IMG/VR virus record: IMGVR_UViG_3300033993_000240
Length of the DNA stretch: 20,000 bases
DNA from: an uncultured virus (IMG/VR IMGVR_UViG_3300033993_000240)
Taxonomy: Duplodnaviria > Heunggongvirae > Uroviricota > Caudoviricetes
Reading direction: 5' to 3' (one strand)
This document shows, piece after piece, positions 8,737-15,999 of this stretch (position 1 is its first letter; every line of letters starts with the position of its first letter). Below the pieces are notes generated by a model that was given only the letters and a program-made list of their open reading frames with translations, was not told the origin of the DNA and did no database searches. The position numbers were made by a program, and so were the translations under genes.

Positions 8737-9294
8737 ATGTTAAAGACCGTCACAAATTCCATCAACGCAAGCCAGATTCAAACGCCAATCACTTTGCCTG
8801 GTAATGTCACTCTATCAACTGGCAACTTAGTCATCGGCACATCTGGCAAAGGAATCGACTTTTCTGCCGATCCGTCAGCTCCAGGCATGACCAGCGAGTT
8901 GTTTGATGACTACGAAGAAGGTACGTTTACGCCAACAATTGCGGGTCAAATCACCGCTGGAACTGGCACTTACACAACTCAAGTAGGCACATATACTAAG
9001 ATTGGCCAAGTTGTTTATGTAAGTCTTAATTTAGCTTGGTCTGCTCACACTGGAGTAGGTGATATGCAAGTAAACGGATTGCCCTTTACTGTCAATTCAT
9101 CAGTCCATTCACAAATGTCAAACGGCACTTATGATTTGTCCTTGACCGCCTTAAATATGCTTTTAACTAGAGCGCAAAAAAGTGGAACATTTATAAAATT
9201 GCTTCAATCACCAGTTGGCGGTGGTGCATGGAATGGCGTTCCAATGGACACAAGTGTTACTGTATTAGAAATCACAGGCTTTTACACAGTCTAA
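8737..9294 (+). CDS. Short tail fibre / receptor-binding-type protein (DDYEEGTFTP domain)
   Basis: AAGGAG RBS; GKGIDFSA, DDYEEGTFTP, GTYTKIGQVV, GLPF motifs typical of fibre C-terminal domains. Confidence 0.72.
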   Translation: MLKTVTNSINASQIQTPITLPGNVTLSTGNLVIGTSGKGIDFSADPSAPGMTSELFDDYEEGTFTPTIAGQITAGTGTYTTQVGTYTKIGQVVYVSLNLAWSAHTGVGDMQVNGLPFTVNSSVHSQMSNGTYDLSLTALNMLLTRAQKSGTFIKLLQSPVGGGAWNGVPMDTSVTVLEITGFYTV

Positions 9295-9304
9295 AGGACA
9301 AATC

Positions 9305-10525
9305 ATGGCACTGACAAAAGCAACCTATTCCATGATTTCAGGGGCGTATGTAAACGCCTTGGATTATGGCGCTGATCCTACTGGTGTTGCTAATAGCCAA
9401 CCAGCAATTCAAGCCGCATTGAATACTGGCGCAAATGTGTTTTTGCCCCGTGGTAATTACAAAATTACAACGACACTGCAATTCACATCAACAGATCAGG
9501 TGTTTTTTGGTGAGAACGGAAACGCACTTAACGCCACCACTTCAAACAACCCAACTGCTGCGGTCGGTATGTCGCAGATTTTTACGCAGTCGGCAATTTT
9601 GATGTTTAGTTGCAATGATAAGCAAGGCGTTTCAATCCGAGATATTGTTTTCAATGGTTGCGCCCTTGCAACTGGTGGTATTGATTGCACAGGTGCTGGA
9701 GCGCCTGGAGGCATTGCCTTTGGTATTGTGTTTAACAATGTTGGCATCAACTCCATTCTTGGAATTGCTCTTGACACAGCAGAGGCAGTTGATGCTCAGT
9801 TTTACAACATCAACATTCAAGGGTACGACTATTTATCTAACATAGTCACAACTCGAGGTATTAGTTGCGGTGCAACAAACAATAATTTTTATGGTTGCCG
9901 TGTTGAAGGTTGCACCAACGGCGCTTTTATTATTGGCACTATCAACCACTTTTTTGGCTGCACGTTTGCAAACCCAACCGGCACTAACATCAAAATTGGT
10001 GGAAACATTTCGCAGTTAAGTTTCAACGGGTGTTACCTTGAAAATGGCGTCACAATTTATTCAAATTCGTCATTTGCATATGGATGCGTTGATTTTGTAA
10101 ATTGTTTTATTCAAAATGCAAACGTCAGCAATTTGATTGACCTAACAAATGCCGCATCCTCAAGTCAAGTCAATTTTATTGGTGGCAGATTCCATGAAAC
10201 GTCTGGGTCGAGCAACATAACTGCACCAAGTGGCGTGTCTGTAAATTGCATCAATGTTGGTCAGACTACACCAACATTTTCTGGTGCTGGCTCATTTTTG
10301 TTGCAGACAAACGCAAACGTGTTTTCATCGGAACCAAGAACAGTGTTTCCAGGCTATGTTGCTGTTGATGGTTCTACGGCACAAATTCACGCTGGTGTTG
10401 GAACTCCACAAGGCGCTGTTACAGCACCTATTGGCTCTATATTCATGCGTGAAGATGGCGGCGCAGGAACATCTTTTTACGTCAAAGAATCCGGTACTGG
10501 AAATACTGGTTGGGTTGCAAAATAA
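9305..10525 (+). CDS. Tailspike / depolymerase with pectate-lyase-like beta-helix
   Basis: VNALDYGADPTGVANSQPAIQAALN...VFLPRGNYKIT N-terminal signature; Asn/Gly/Cys beta-helix repeats; C-terminal GTPQGAVTAPIGSIF...YVKESGTGNTGWVAK. Confidence 0.85.
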   Translation: MALTKATYSMISGAYVNALDYGADPTGVANSQPAIQAALNTGANVFLPRGNYKITTTLQFTSTDQVFFGENGNALNATTSNNPTAAVGMSQIFTQSAILMFSCNDKQGVSIRDIVFNGCALATGGIDCTGAGAPGGIAFGIVFNNVGINSILGIALDTAEAVDAQFYNINIQGYDYLSNIVTTRGISCGATNNNFYGCRVEGCTNGAFIIGTINHFFGCTFANPTGTNIKIGGNISQLSFNGCYLENGVTIYSNSSFAYGCVDFVNCFIQNANVSNLIDLTNAASSSQVNFIGGRFHETSGSSNITAPSGVSVNCINVGQTTPTFSGAGSFLLQTNANVFSSEPRTVFPGYVAVDGSTAQIHAGVGTPQGAVTAPIGSIFMREDGGAGTSFYVKESGTGNTGWVAK

Positions 10526-10530
10526 CCGTG

Positions 10531-10547
10531 CCAGTGCGGAACACTGG
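10531..10547. repeat. Perfect 6-bp hairpin CCAGTG-cggaa-CACTGG
   Basis: Inverted repeat 6 nt after the tailspike stop codon. Confidence 0.55.
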
Positions 10548-10573
10548 AATTTGATTTTGATTGGAGTATCAAA

Positions 10574-10822
10574 ATGGCTCTCGAAAAAGTAAACGTAGTA
10601 GATCGTATTGAAGTTGTTGAAAACGGCTCAATTCAAGTTCGCACCAAAACCGCAATTCTCGAAGATGGCATTGAAATCAGCAGTAAATTTCATCGTCACG
10701 TTGTTGTGCCTGGCGCTGACGTAAGTGGTGAAGATGACAAAGTGAAAGTGATTGCAGCATCTATTCACACCTCTGACGTAATTGCAGCATACGAAGCAGC
10801 CATCGCTGCACAAGGAATCTGA
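10574..10822 (+). CDS. Small tail-fibre-associated protein (possible assembly chaperone)
   Basis: GGAG RBS; 82 aa, IEVVENGSIQVR...EDGIEISSKFHRHVV pattern recalled next to fibre genes. Confidence 0.65.
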   Translation: MALEKVNVVDRIEVVENGSIQVRTKTAILEDGIEISSKFHRHVVVPGADVSGEDDKVKVIAASIHTSDVIAAYEAAIAAQGI

Positions 10823-10823
10823 A

Positions 10824-11177
10824 ATGGCTGGTAATTCACAAATTGCATTTGCACCACTTGGCAAGACCATTGTGGTGGCAGCAGCTGCATCTGCACCTGT
10901 TGGCATCCAAGCTCCTGTCTATGCCAAGTTTGACCCACAAAATGCAGGTCAGTACCGATTTATCAACAATGGAACCACCACTGTGTTCTTGGGCACTGGC
11001 CCAAGCGCAGCAGAGGCTACGGCCAATGCAGTGGCTCCTGTGGCCGGTACGCCTTCAGCGGCCATCGTGCTGGTGCCTGGCGCTGTTGAGGTCTTGCGCT
11101 TCAACATCGACACCTACTTCAGCGGCCTGTCCAGTTCGGCAGCCACCGTTTACATCACGCCAGGCCAAGGCCTGTAA
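10824..11177 (+). CDS. Hypothetical beta-rich virion protein
   Basis: Start reassigned to ATG 10824 after AAGGA; 117 aa; ends VYITPGQGL. Confidence 0.65.
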   Translation: MAGNSQIAFAPLGKTIVVAAAASAPVGIQAPVYAKFDPQNAGQYRFINNGTTTVFLGTGPSAAEATANAVAPVAGTPSAAIVLVPGAVEVLRFNIDTYFSGLSSSAATVYITPGQGL

Positions 11178-11410
11178 TGTTGGGGACTGACGTTATGGCA
11201 GTAGAAAGCAACGAGATCGACCTTGTCAAATATGGCGTGCTCTGGCAAAAAGTGCAGGACATGGACAAAAAGATGGACAAGGTCGAGCGCCAGCTCGAAG
11301 AATTGGTGGCGCTGGCCAACAAAGGTCGTGGAGGCCTTTGGTTTGGCATGACCATTGTTTCTGGCGTATCTGCCGTGGTTGGTTACCTGCTTAATTATTG
11401 GAAGCATTGA
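11177..11410 (+). CDS. Coiled-coil + C-terminal TM protein (XhlA/holin-like architecture)
   Basis: TAATG overlap; heptads then GLWFGMTIVSGVSAVVGYLL hydrophobic segment; alternative start at second Met. Confidence 0.6.
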   Translation: MLGTDVMAVESNEIDLVKYGVLWQKVQDMDKKMDKVERQLEELVALANKGRGGLWFGMTIVSGVSAVVGYLLNYWKH

Positions 11411-11547
11411 AATATTTACTTGCGATGGTTTTAACACTATCGCAAGTTTCATCAGTTGAATATTGGTGCGTTCGTTGGGCATGGACGGGTGATGTTTTTA
11501 ATCGCAAAGTAGTATGCCTTGAGTGGAAAAAGGTAGAGCGAAAATGA
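11407..11547 (+). CDS. Unannotated 46-aa putative secreted peptide with two Cys
   Basis: Manual translation: MKYLLAMVLTLSQVSSVEYWCVRWAWTGDVFNRKVVCLEWKKVERK; TTG start overlaps upstream TGA, stop overlaps downstream ATG; exactly fills the gap. Confidence 0.7.
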   Translation: MKYLLAMVLTLSQVSSVEYWCVRWAWTGDVFNRKVVCLEWKKVERK

Positions 11548-12038
11548 TCGACCCCATTACAGCCCTAGCAGGGCTACAAAGCGCAATTAGCGTAGTCAAA
11601 AAAGCCAGCAAGGTCGCAAATGATCTGGCTGGTTTAGCACCATCTATTGCCAAGATGTTTGACGCTAAGAGCGTGGCCACCAAAGCGATGGTGGAAGCCA
11701 AGCGCTCTGGCAACAAATCAAACCTTGGAACAGCCCTTCAAATCGAGATGGCGCTCGATGAGGCAAAAAGGTTCGAGGCCGAGTTGATGATGCTATTTCA
11801 GGCCACAGGCCGAGCAGATGTGTGGCAGAAAATCAAAGAGCGCCAGCAGCAAATGGACATCGAGGATGCTCATTTAGCCAGGCAAGCCAAAGCGGATGAA
11901 AAAAAGCGCAAAGAATCTGAGGCCGAGCAGCTAGAGTGGGCAGTCGCCATTGTTGTGATCGTGATGCTTATTGGCGCTATTGGCTGGGGCATCAATGAGG
12001 TTGCTGAATTGTGCGCTAAGACGCGCTGTGGGCGATGA
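11544..12038 (+). CDS. Helical protein with C-terminal transmembrane segment
   Basis: Start reassigned to ATG 11544 (MIDPITALAG); coiled coil, then WAVAIVVIVMLIGAIGWGI and short CAKTRC tail. Confidence 0.72.
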   Translation: MIDPITALAGLQSAISVVKKASKVANDLAGLAPSIAKMFDAKSVATKAMVEAKRSGNKSNLGTALQIEMALDEAKRFEAELMMLFQATGRADVWQKIKERQQQMDIEDAHLARQAKADEKKRKESEAEQLEWAVAIVVIVMLIGAIGWGINEVAELCAKTRCGR

Positions 12039-12184
12039 ATGAGTACCAAAAGCAATTTGACCAATTCCTCAAAATCTTCGTGCGCCTATGCGTGGTTTGG
12101 TGGGTGCTTGGTCTGTTGCGATTCCTGCCTGATGAATTGGCCGACAAGGTTGTAAATAAGCTACTTGGAATGATTGGACTATGA
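12035..12184 (+). CDS. Unannotated 49-aa membrane/amphipathic protein
   Basis: Manual translation: MNEYQKQFDQFLKIFVRLCVVWWVLGLLRFLPDELADKVVNKLLGMIGL; ATGA overlaps at both ends. Confidence 0.72.
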   Translation: MNEYQKQFDQFLKIFVRLCVVWWVLGLLRFLPDELADKVVNKLLGMIGL

Positions 12185-12792
12185 GTGACGAAAAACCATC
12201 AGATATATTGAGCAAGGTGCTGTCCTATGTTGACAGCCCATTCAAGTTGTTTGCCCTGATACTCATGGCGGTGTTTGCGTTTGCTGGATACTTTGTCTGG
12301 CAGAACCAAGAGCTGCTAATGGGCGCATACAAAGAGTCCAAAAAGATGCCAAGCATTGTTGAGGACAGGGTGGAAGACGCAGCTGCTCACTTGTTCAAAA
12401 CCACCAATGCTACCATTGTGGCCGTGTTTAAAGTAAACCCCATGTTTGGCACCAGAGTGCTGCATCGCGCCTACACCAAAGAAGGCCGAGACAAAACCAA
12501 CGATGGGCTTGATGTGGGCCTGTTTACCCAGAACGCATCCAACAACGCTGATGTCGTCAAGTTGATGGCCAGCGAGATACCTTGTGGTGAGTACAAGTCA
12601 GCACAATCCGAGATGGGCCTTTGGTATATCGCAAAGGGTGTCACATACACTTGCAGAATCAGCATCCCGCCTGATCCAAATCGGTTCGTGGGCCAAATTA
12701 CTGTTGGCTGGGATAATGAGCCAGCCGACATTCAGGTGGCAAGAACCATGATGGAAATTGCAGCAACCATGCTTTCAAGGAGCAAACAATGA
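12181..12792 (+). CDS. Single-TM protein with large periplasmic domain, T4 holin T-like
   Basis: 203 aa, N-terminal TM; PSDIL, YKESK, AVFKVNP, FVGQITVGW, AATMLSRSK align by eye with recalled T4 T (PSDIL, YKQSK, AVYSFRP, YAGTITMYW, AARILGRAK). Confidence 0.6.
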   Translation: MSDEKPSDILSKVLSYVDSPFKLFALILMAVFAFAGYFVWQNQELLMGAYKESKKMPSIVEDRVEDAAAHLFKTTNATIVAVFKVNPMFGTRVLHRAYTKEGRDKTNDGLDVGLFTQNASNNADVVKLMASEIPCGEYKSAQSEMGLWYIAKGVTYTCRISIPPDPNRFVGQITVGWDNEPADIQVARTMMEIAATMLSRSKQ

Positions 12793-13199
12793 TCGCACTC
12801 GACGCACTTTTAAACGTTGGCGGCAAGCTCATCGACAAATTGATTCCAGACCCAGAGGCCAAGGCCAAAGCGCAACTGGAGTTGGCGAAGCTGGCGCAAG
12901 AAGGTGAGCTGGCAAAGATGGCCAACGACACCAAACTGTTTGAGGTGGAACAACAAAACACCACAGACCGATGGACAGCAGACATGGGGTCAGACTCTTG
13001 GTTGTCTAAAAACATTCGCCCTATGGCCCTGATAGCCATCTTCTTAGCCTATTTCATCTTCACTGCAATGTCGGCCTTTGGCTACAACGCACAGGAATCC
13101 TACGTCCAGCTGCTTGGCCAGTGGGGACAGATCATTTTCTTGGCCTATTTTGGTGGCCGCACCGTTGAGAAACTCGCAGACATGCGGAGCAAAAAATGA
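12789..13199 (+). CDS. Holin, GTA 3TM-like family
   Basis: IDKLIPDPEAKAKA, DSWLSKNIRP, hydrophobic segments, YFGGRTVEK; directly upstream of endolysin. Confidence 0.8.
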   Translation: MIALDALLNVGGKLIDKLIPDPEAKAKAQLELAKLAQEGELAKMANDTKLFEVEQQNTTDRWTADMGSDSWLSKNIRPMALIAIFLAYFIFTAMSAFGYNAQESYVQLLGQWGQIIFLAYFGGRTVEKLADMRSKK

Positions 13200-13633
13200 A
13201 CCTCACACCTCACTTCACACTCGAAGAACTAACGGCTTCAGAGACCGCAGAACGCAACGGCTGGGACAATAGTCCCAATGACACCGAGCTGGCAAACCTG
13301 ACGCGCCTGGCAGACTTTCTGGAGCAGGTGAAGGTGGTGCTGGGTGGCAAGCCAATCATGATCAGCTCAGGCCTGCGCACCAAGCTGGTCAATGATGCGG
13401 TTGGAAGCAAAGATACCAGCCAGCATCGGACTGGATGCGCTGCCGACTTTAAGGTGCCAGGAATGACACCAGACGAGGTGGTGCGCAAGATAATTGACAG
13501 CGGCATTGGTTACGACCAAGTGATTCGTGAGTTTGATCGCTGGACCCACATCAGCATCTCAAACAGCGAGGACACCAGCCCACGAAAGCAGGCGCTGATC
13601 ATCGATAAGGCTGGCACCAGACCTTACGCATAA
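13196..13633 (+). CDS. Endolysin, peptidase M15A family
   Basis: LTPHFTLEEL, ISSGLR, SQH-x6-D (SQHRTGCAAD) and WTHIS zinc-ligand motifs. Confidence 0.9.
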   Translation: MNLTPHFTLEELTASETAERNGWDNSPNDTELANLTRLADFLEQVKVVLGGKPIMISSGLRTKLVNDAVGSKDTSQHRTGCAADFKVPGMTPDEVVRKIIDSGIGYDQVIREFDRWTHISISNSEDTSPRKQALIIDKAGTRPYA

Positions 13634-13806
13634 TTGGCCACCACAATCGCCACAAAAGCCATCCACAGTAGGCTTAGAACTGCGATCAACAGCCAATAGA
13701 AAAAGCGCCTAAAAAGGCGCTTTAATGTTGAAAGTTGCGGAGCACAAGCAATACGAGAAGGGCAGTCTCTGCCCTGATTGCAATTGCCATCACAGCAAAA
13801 ATTCAT
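13624..13806 (-). CDS. Small Cys-motif (CDGNCNQGRDCP) membrane protein
   Basis: Start reassigned to ATG 13806 (ATGA overlap); 60 aa with C-terminal TM; overlaps endolysin 3' end by 10 nt. Confidence 0.55.
   Translation of the reverse strand: MNFCCDGNCNQGRDCPSRIACAPQLSTLKRLFRRFFYWLLIAVLSLLWMAFVAIVVANYA
13702..13723. terminator. Candidate bidirectional intrinsic terminator at the convergence of both arms
   Basis: AAAGCGCCT-aaaa-AGGCGCTTT perfect 9-bp inverted repeat; T-runs follow the GC core on both strands; ~70 nt downstream of endolysin stop. Confidence 0.55.
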
Positions 13807-13967
13807 GATGACCACCATGCCACCAAAAGGCAGGCAAAACCAACACCAATGGCGAAGGCCAGCACATAGCCTGCCACGCGCTCCCAAAGCGGCTCCTCGC
13901 GGCCATAACCTTGCACCCATGTGCAGTCTGCAAAATTACGTGGTGTTTGAAAGTTTGAGTTTTTCAC
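13803..13967 (-). CDS. Unannotated 54-aa protein with C-terminal TM
   Basis: GTG start with AAGGAG (13979-13974); MKNSNFQTPRNFADCTWVQGYGREEPLWERVAGYVLAFAIGVGFACLLVAWWSS. Confidence 0.7.
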   Translation of the reverse strand: MKNSNFQTPRNFADCTWVQGYGREEPLWERVAGYVLAFAIGVGFACLLVAWWSS

Positions 13968-14001
13968 GATCAGCTCCTTGCTGGTTGGTTAATGTGCCCA
14001 C

Positions 14002-14032
14002 AGTATAGCACGAAGTCCCACAATCAATGCAA
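14002..14032 (-). promoter_or_regulatory. Sigma70-type extended -10 promoter
   Basis: TGcTATACT at 14010-14002 on - strand; TTGCAT at 14032-14027 (19-nt spacer, suboptimal); intergenic, ~35 nt upstream of a GTG start. Confidence 0.6.
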
Positions 14033-14046
14033 CTAGGGATAAACCA

Positions 14047-14535
14047 TTACATTGAGGTTATCTCCATATCATGCGGCTTGCGCTTGCCATTGAGTAGATC
14101 GTGCAGGCGTTTTTCAGTCAATCGGTGGCAACGATACATGGTGCGAGCAGGCAACATGTTCAGAAGCTCGGCATAGTCGCTCAGAATCGAGCGTACAGCC
14201 TGAATTCCTGTCCCATCCATACGAATGGTGCCACCAGCCCTGTTTCGCTTGCCAGCAAGCGCCAAAGCGGTGATGGCATCCATCAATAAGCCATTGGAGT
14301 CCTCGCAAACCTTCATCTCCACCACCAGCGTCTCCATGAGGTTGACTGCATCGGAAACCACACGCCAGTCGTCCGTGGTGGGCGCTGGCGCGGTCTCCAT
14401 TGCATGCAAGCCTTGGTACATCATGGTGAGCTGGTGCGTGCGAAACTTCTCAGGCAACGGCTCGGTCGGACTGGCCATCATCTCATCGAGGATGGTGTAG
14501 TGCCTTGGCCTTGGCTGTGGCTTGCGCTTTTTCAT
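14047..14535 (-). CDS. Conserved hypothetical helical phage protein
   Basis: Start reassigned to ATG 14535 (MKKRKPQ, TGATG overlap); 162 aa. Confidence 0.7.
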   Translation of the reverse strand: MKKRKPQPRPRHYTILDEMMASPTEPLPEKFRTHQLTMMYQGLHAMETAPAPTTDDWRVVSDAVNLMETLVVEMKVCEDSNGLLMDAITALALAGKRNRAGGTIRMDGTGIQAVRSILSDYAELLNMLPARTMYRCHRLTEKRLHDLLNGKRKPHDMEITSM

Positions 14536-14666
14536 CAATAGCCTCGCCAGACGCGCACATCCACCAGCCACAGCGAGACAAAGAACTCGCCACCAGAAAA
14601 GCCAATGCCAAACACTGGCCACTTGTGCATCAACGTGTCGATGCTGATGTGAATCTGCTTCTTCAT
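14535..14666 (-). CDS. Hypothetical 43-aa protein
   Basis: AGGAG then ATG 14666 in ATGA overlap; MKKQIHISIDTLMHKWPVFGIGFSGGEFFVSLWLVDVRVWRGY. Confidence 0.5.
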   Translation of the reverse strand: MKKQIHISIDTLMHKWPVFGIGFSGGEFFVSLWLVDVRVWRGY

Positions 14667-14833
14667 GCCTTGGTCTCCTGTGCTTGCTGGCGCTCCAATT
14701 CCATCTTGACGCAGTGCAGAATCTGCGCGGCCAGAGTGCGCGTGTTGCGCTCGGCCATCTTGCGCAGCTCGATCTCGATGTCGGCAGGCAGCCTGATCGT
14801 CATGTATCGGTCTTTGATTTTTGAGGTGCTCAT
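14663..14833 (-). CDS. Arc-like ribbon-helix-helix DNA-binding protein (not in ORF track)
   Basis: MSTSKIKDRYMTIRLPADIEIELRKMAERNTRTLAAQILHCVKMELERQQAQETKA; TIRLP...L...A....R..A.QI matches Arc pattern; ATGA overlaps on both sides. Confidence 0.8.
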   Translation of the reverse strand: MSTSKIKDRYMTIRLPADIEIELRKMAERNTRTLAAQILHCVKMELERQQAQETKA

Positions 14834-15306
14834 GATGCCTCCGATGGACGCTCGACATATTCTGTCGCTGGGGTGTAAGGAAATGTGACTGGCACCATGC
14901 TTTCGCGATCGGTGTAGTAGGACTTGTGCTTCTCGTCAGTCTCTTTATCGGTATGCCAATCGTAAAAAACAATACCGTCTATGTCATAGGCTTGGCCATT
15001 AAAGCGATCAGCCTGTTTAAAGACACGGCTACAACGTTTATTTTGGAAAACGCCTTCACTGGCCTCATGCCATTCCCAGTCCTCGCCTGTCAGTGGAACC
15101 AATGGCAAGTACATCGCCAGCTTTCTGAACACGTTCACTGCGTAAGGAGCAGAACTTCCAGAATGGCCCTCATCAGCAAACACGTCCAACAGCTTTAACA
15201 CGTGCTTGCAAATTGCTTCTTGCATCTCGTCGTAGTACTTGCCATCGTCGTCAAGCCAGCCAGCTGCGCGAAACTCCATCAAAGCATGCTTGTGAATGTT
15301 GTTCAT
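14830..15306 (-). CDS. Conserved hypothetical phage protein (EGHSGSSA, PLTGEDWEW, QNKRCSRVFK)
   Basis: 158 aa; AAGGA RBS; ATGA overlaps. Confidence 0.75.
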   Translation of the reverse strand: MNNIHKHALMEFRAAGWLDDDGKYYDEMQEAICKHVLKLLDVFADEGHSGSSAPYAVNVFRKLAMYLPLVPLTGEDWEWHEASEGVFQNKRCSRVFKQADRFNGQAYDIDGIVFYDWHTDKETDEKHKSYYTDRESMVPVTFPYTPATEYVERPSEAS

Positions 15307-15668
15307 AAATTGTCCTTGTGTTGGTTGAAAAAGGCCTGAAGTTTGCCCTTGGCATCATCAGCACCTTTTCCCACTATACAACAGAATCTCACACTTTCAA
15401 GATAGGAAATCCAGTCTTTCTGCTCGGCACTCAGGCTGCCACCCTTGGTGCGCTTCATCTCCACCCAAAGCCCCCAAGCAGGGATGAACAGATCAGGCAC
15501 GCCAGAGGAAACGCCTTCAGCCTTCAAGCGGCCAGCGGTGGCAGGACTGCGAGCGCCACCATTGGGAATCGCAAAGATGCGCACGCCTGGCCAAGTCTGG
15601 CGAAACCAGCGCACCAGCTCGCGCTGCTCCTCATGCTCGGTGGGAATACGATTGGTCAAAATGGGCAT
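15303..15668 (-). CDS. VRR-NUC domain nuclease
   Basis: EHEEQ, FAIPNGG, GVSSGVPDL, WVEMK, SAEQKDW motifs; GGAGG before ATG 15668. Confidence 0.88.
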   Translation of the reverse strand: MPILTNRIPTEHEEQRELVRWFRQTWPGVRIFAIPNGGARSPATAGRLKAEGVSSGVPDLFIPAWGLWVEMKRTKGGSLSAEQKDWISYLESVRFCCIVGKGADDAKGKLQAFFNQHKDNL

Positions 15669-15850
15669 TCGGCCTCCCACTTTGGGCAGGCATCCACCTC
15701 GGCAGCAAACTCAGCTGGCGGTGTCATGAAGAACTCGGTGCACAGGCCATCTGTGCCGTACATCTCGCAGGTATGGCAGCACTTTGGTGGGCCAGCCTTG
15801 ATCCACTCGCGGTAGTCAACCAAGAATTGCGGCTCTGGTGGTCGGCTCAT
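15656..15850 (-). CDS. Small Cys-rich protein (CCHTC...C...CPKW)
   Basis: Start reassigned to ATG 15850 (ATGA overlap); 64 aa. Confidence 0.65.
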   Translation of the reverse strand: MSRPPEPQFLVDYREWIKAGPPKCCHTCEMYGTDGLCTEFFMTPPAEFAAEVDACPKWEAECPF

Positions 15851-15999
15851 TTCAGACCCCTTTGCATCAGCTTCACCCAGCACCGAGCGCAATGCCACTT
15901 GGTGCGCACCTTGACACCACCAAGCGGATCAGCCTCACGGCTGCACACATCACAAACCTTGAGCTTGTGCATTCGATTCATTTGTTCTTCAACTGTCAT
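15847..15999 (-). CDS. 50-aa zinc-finger protein (CxxC...CxxC), not in ORF track
   Basis: MTVEEQMNRMHKLKVCDVCSREADPLGGVKVRTKWHCARCWVKLMQRGLK; ATGA overlaps at both ends. Confidence 0.65.
   Translation of the reverse strand: MTVEEQMNRMHKLKVCDVCSREADPLGGVKVRTKWHCARCWVKLMQRGLK

Noticed and set aside
9305..10547. Diversity-generating retroelement target (hairpin after an RBP gene)
   Set aside because: No reverse transcriptase and no template/variable repeat pair seen in the window.
11177..13633. Rz/Rz1 or unimolecular spanin
   Set aside because: No convincing lipobox lipoprotein or nested ORF found by eye; spanins could lie outside the window.
14535..14972. 145-aa ORF from the track
   Set aside because: Its 5' part overlaps the better supported Arc-like and 158-aa genes; only the 43-aa 3' part with RBS was kept.
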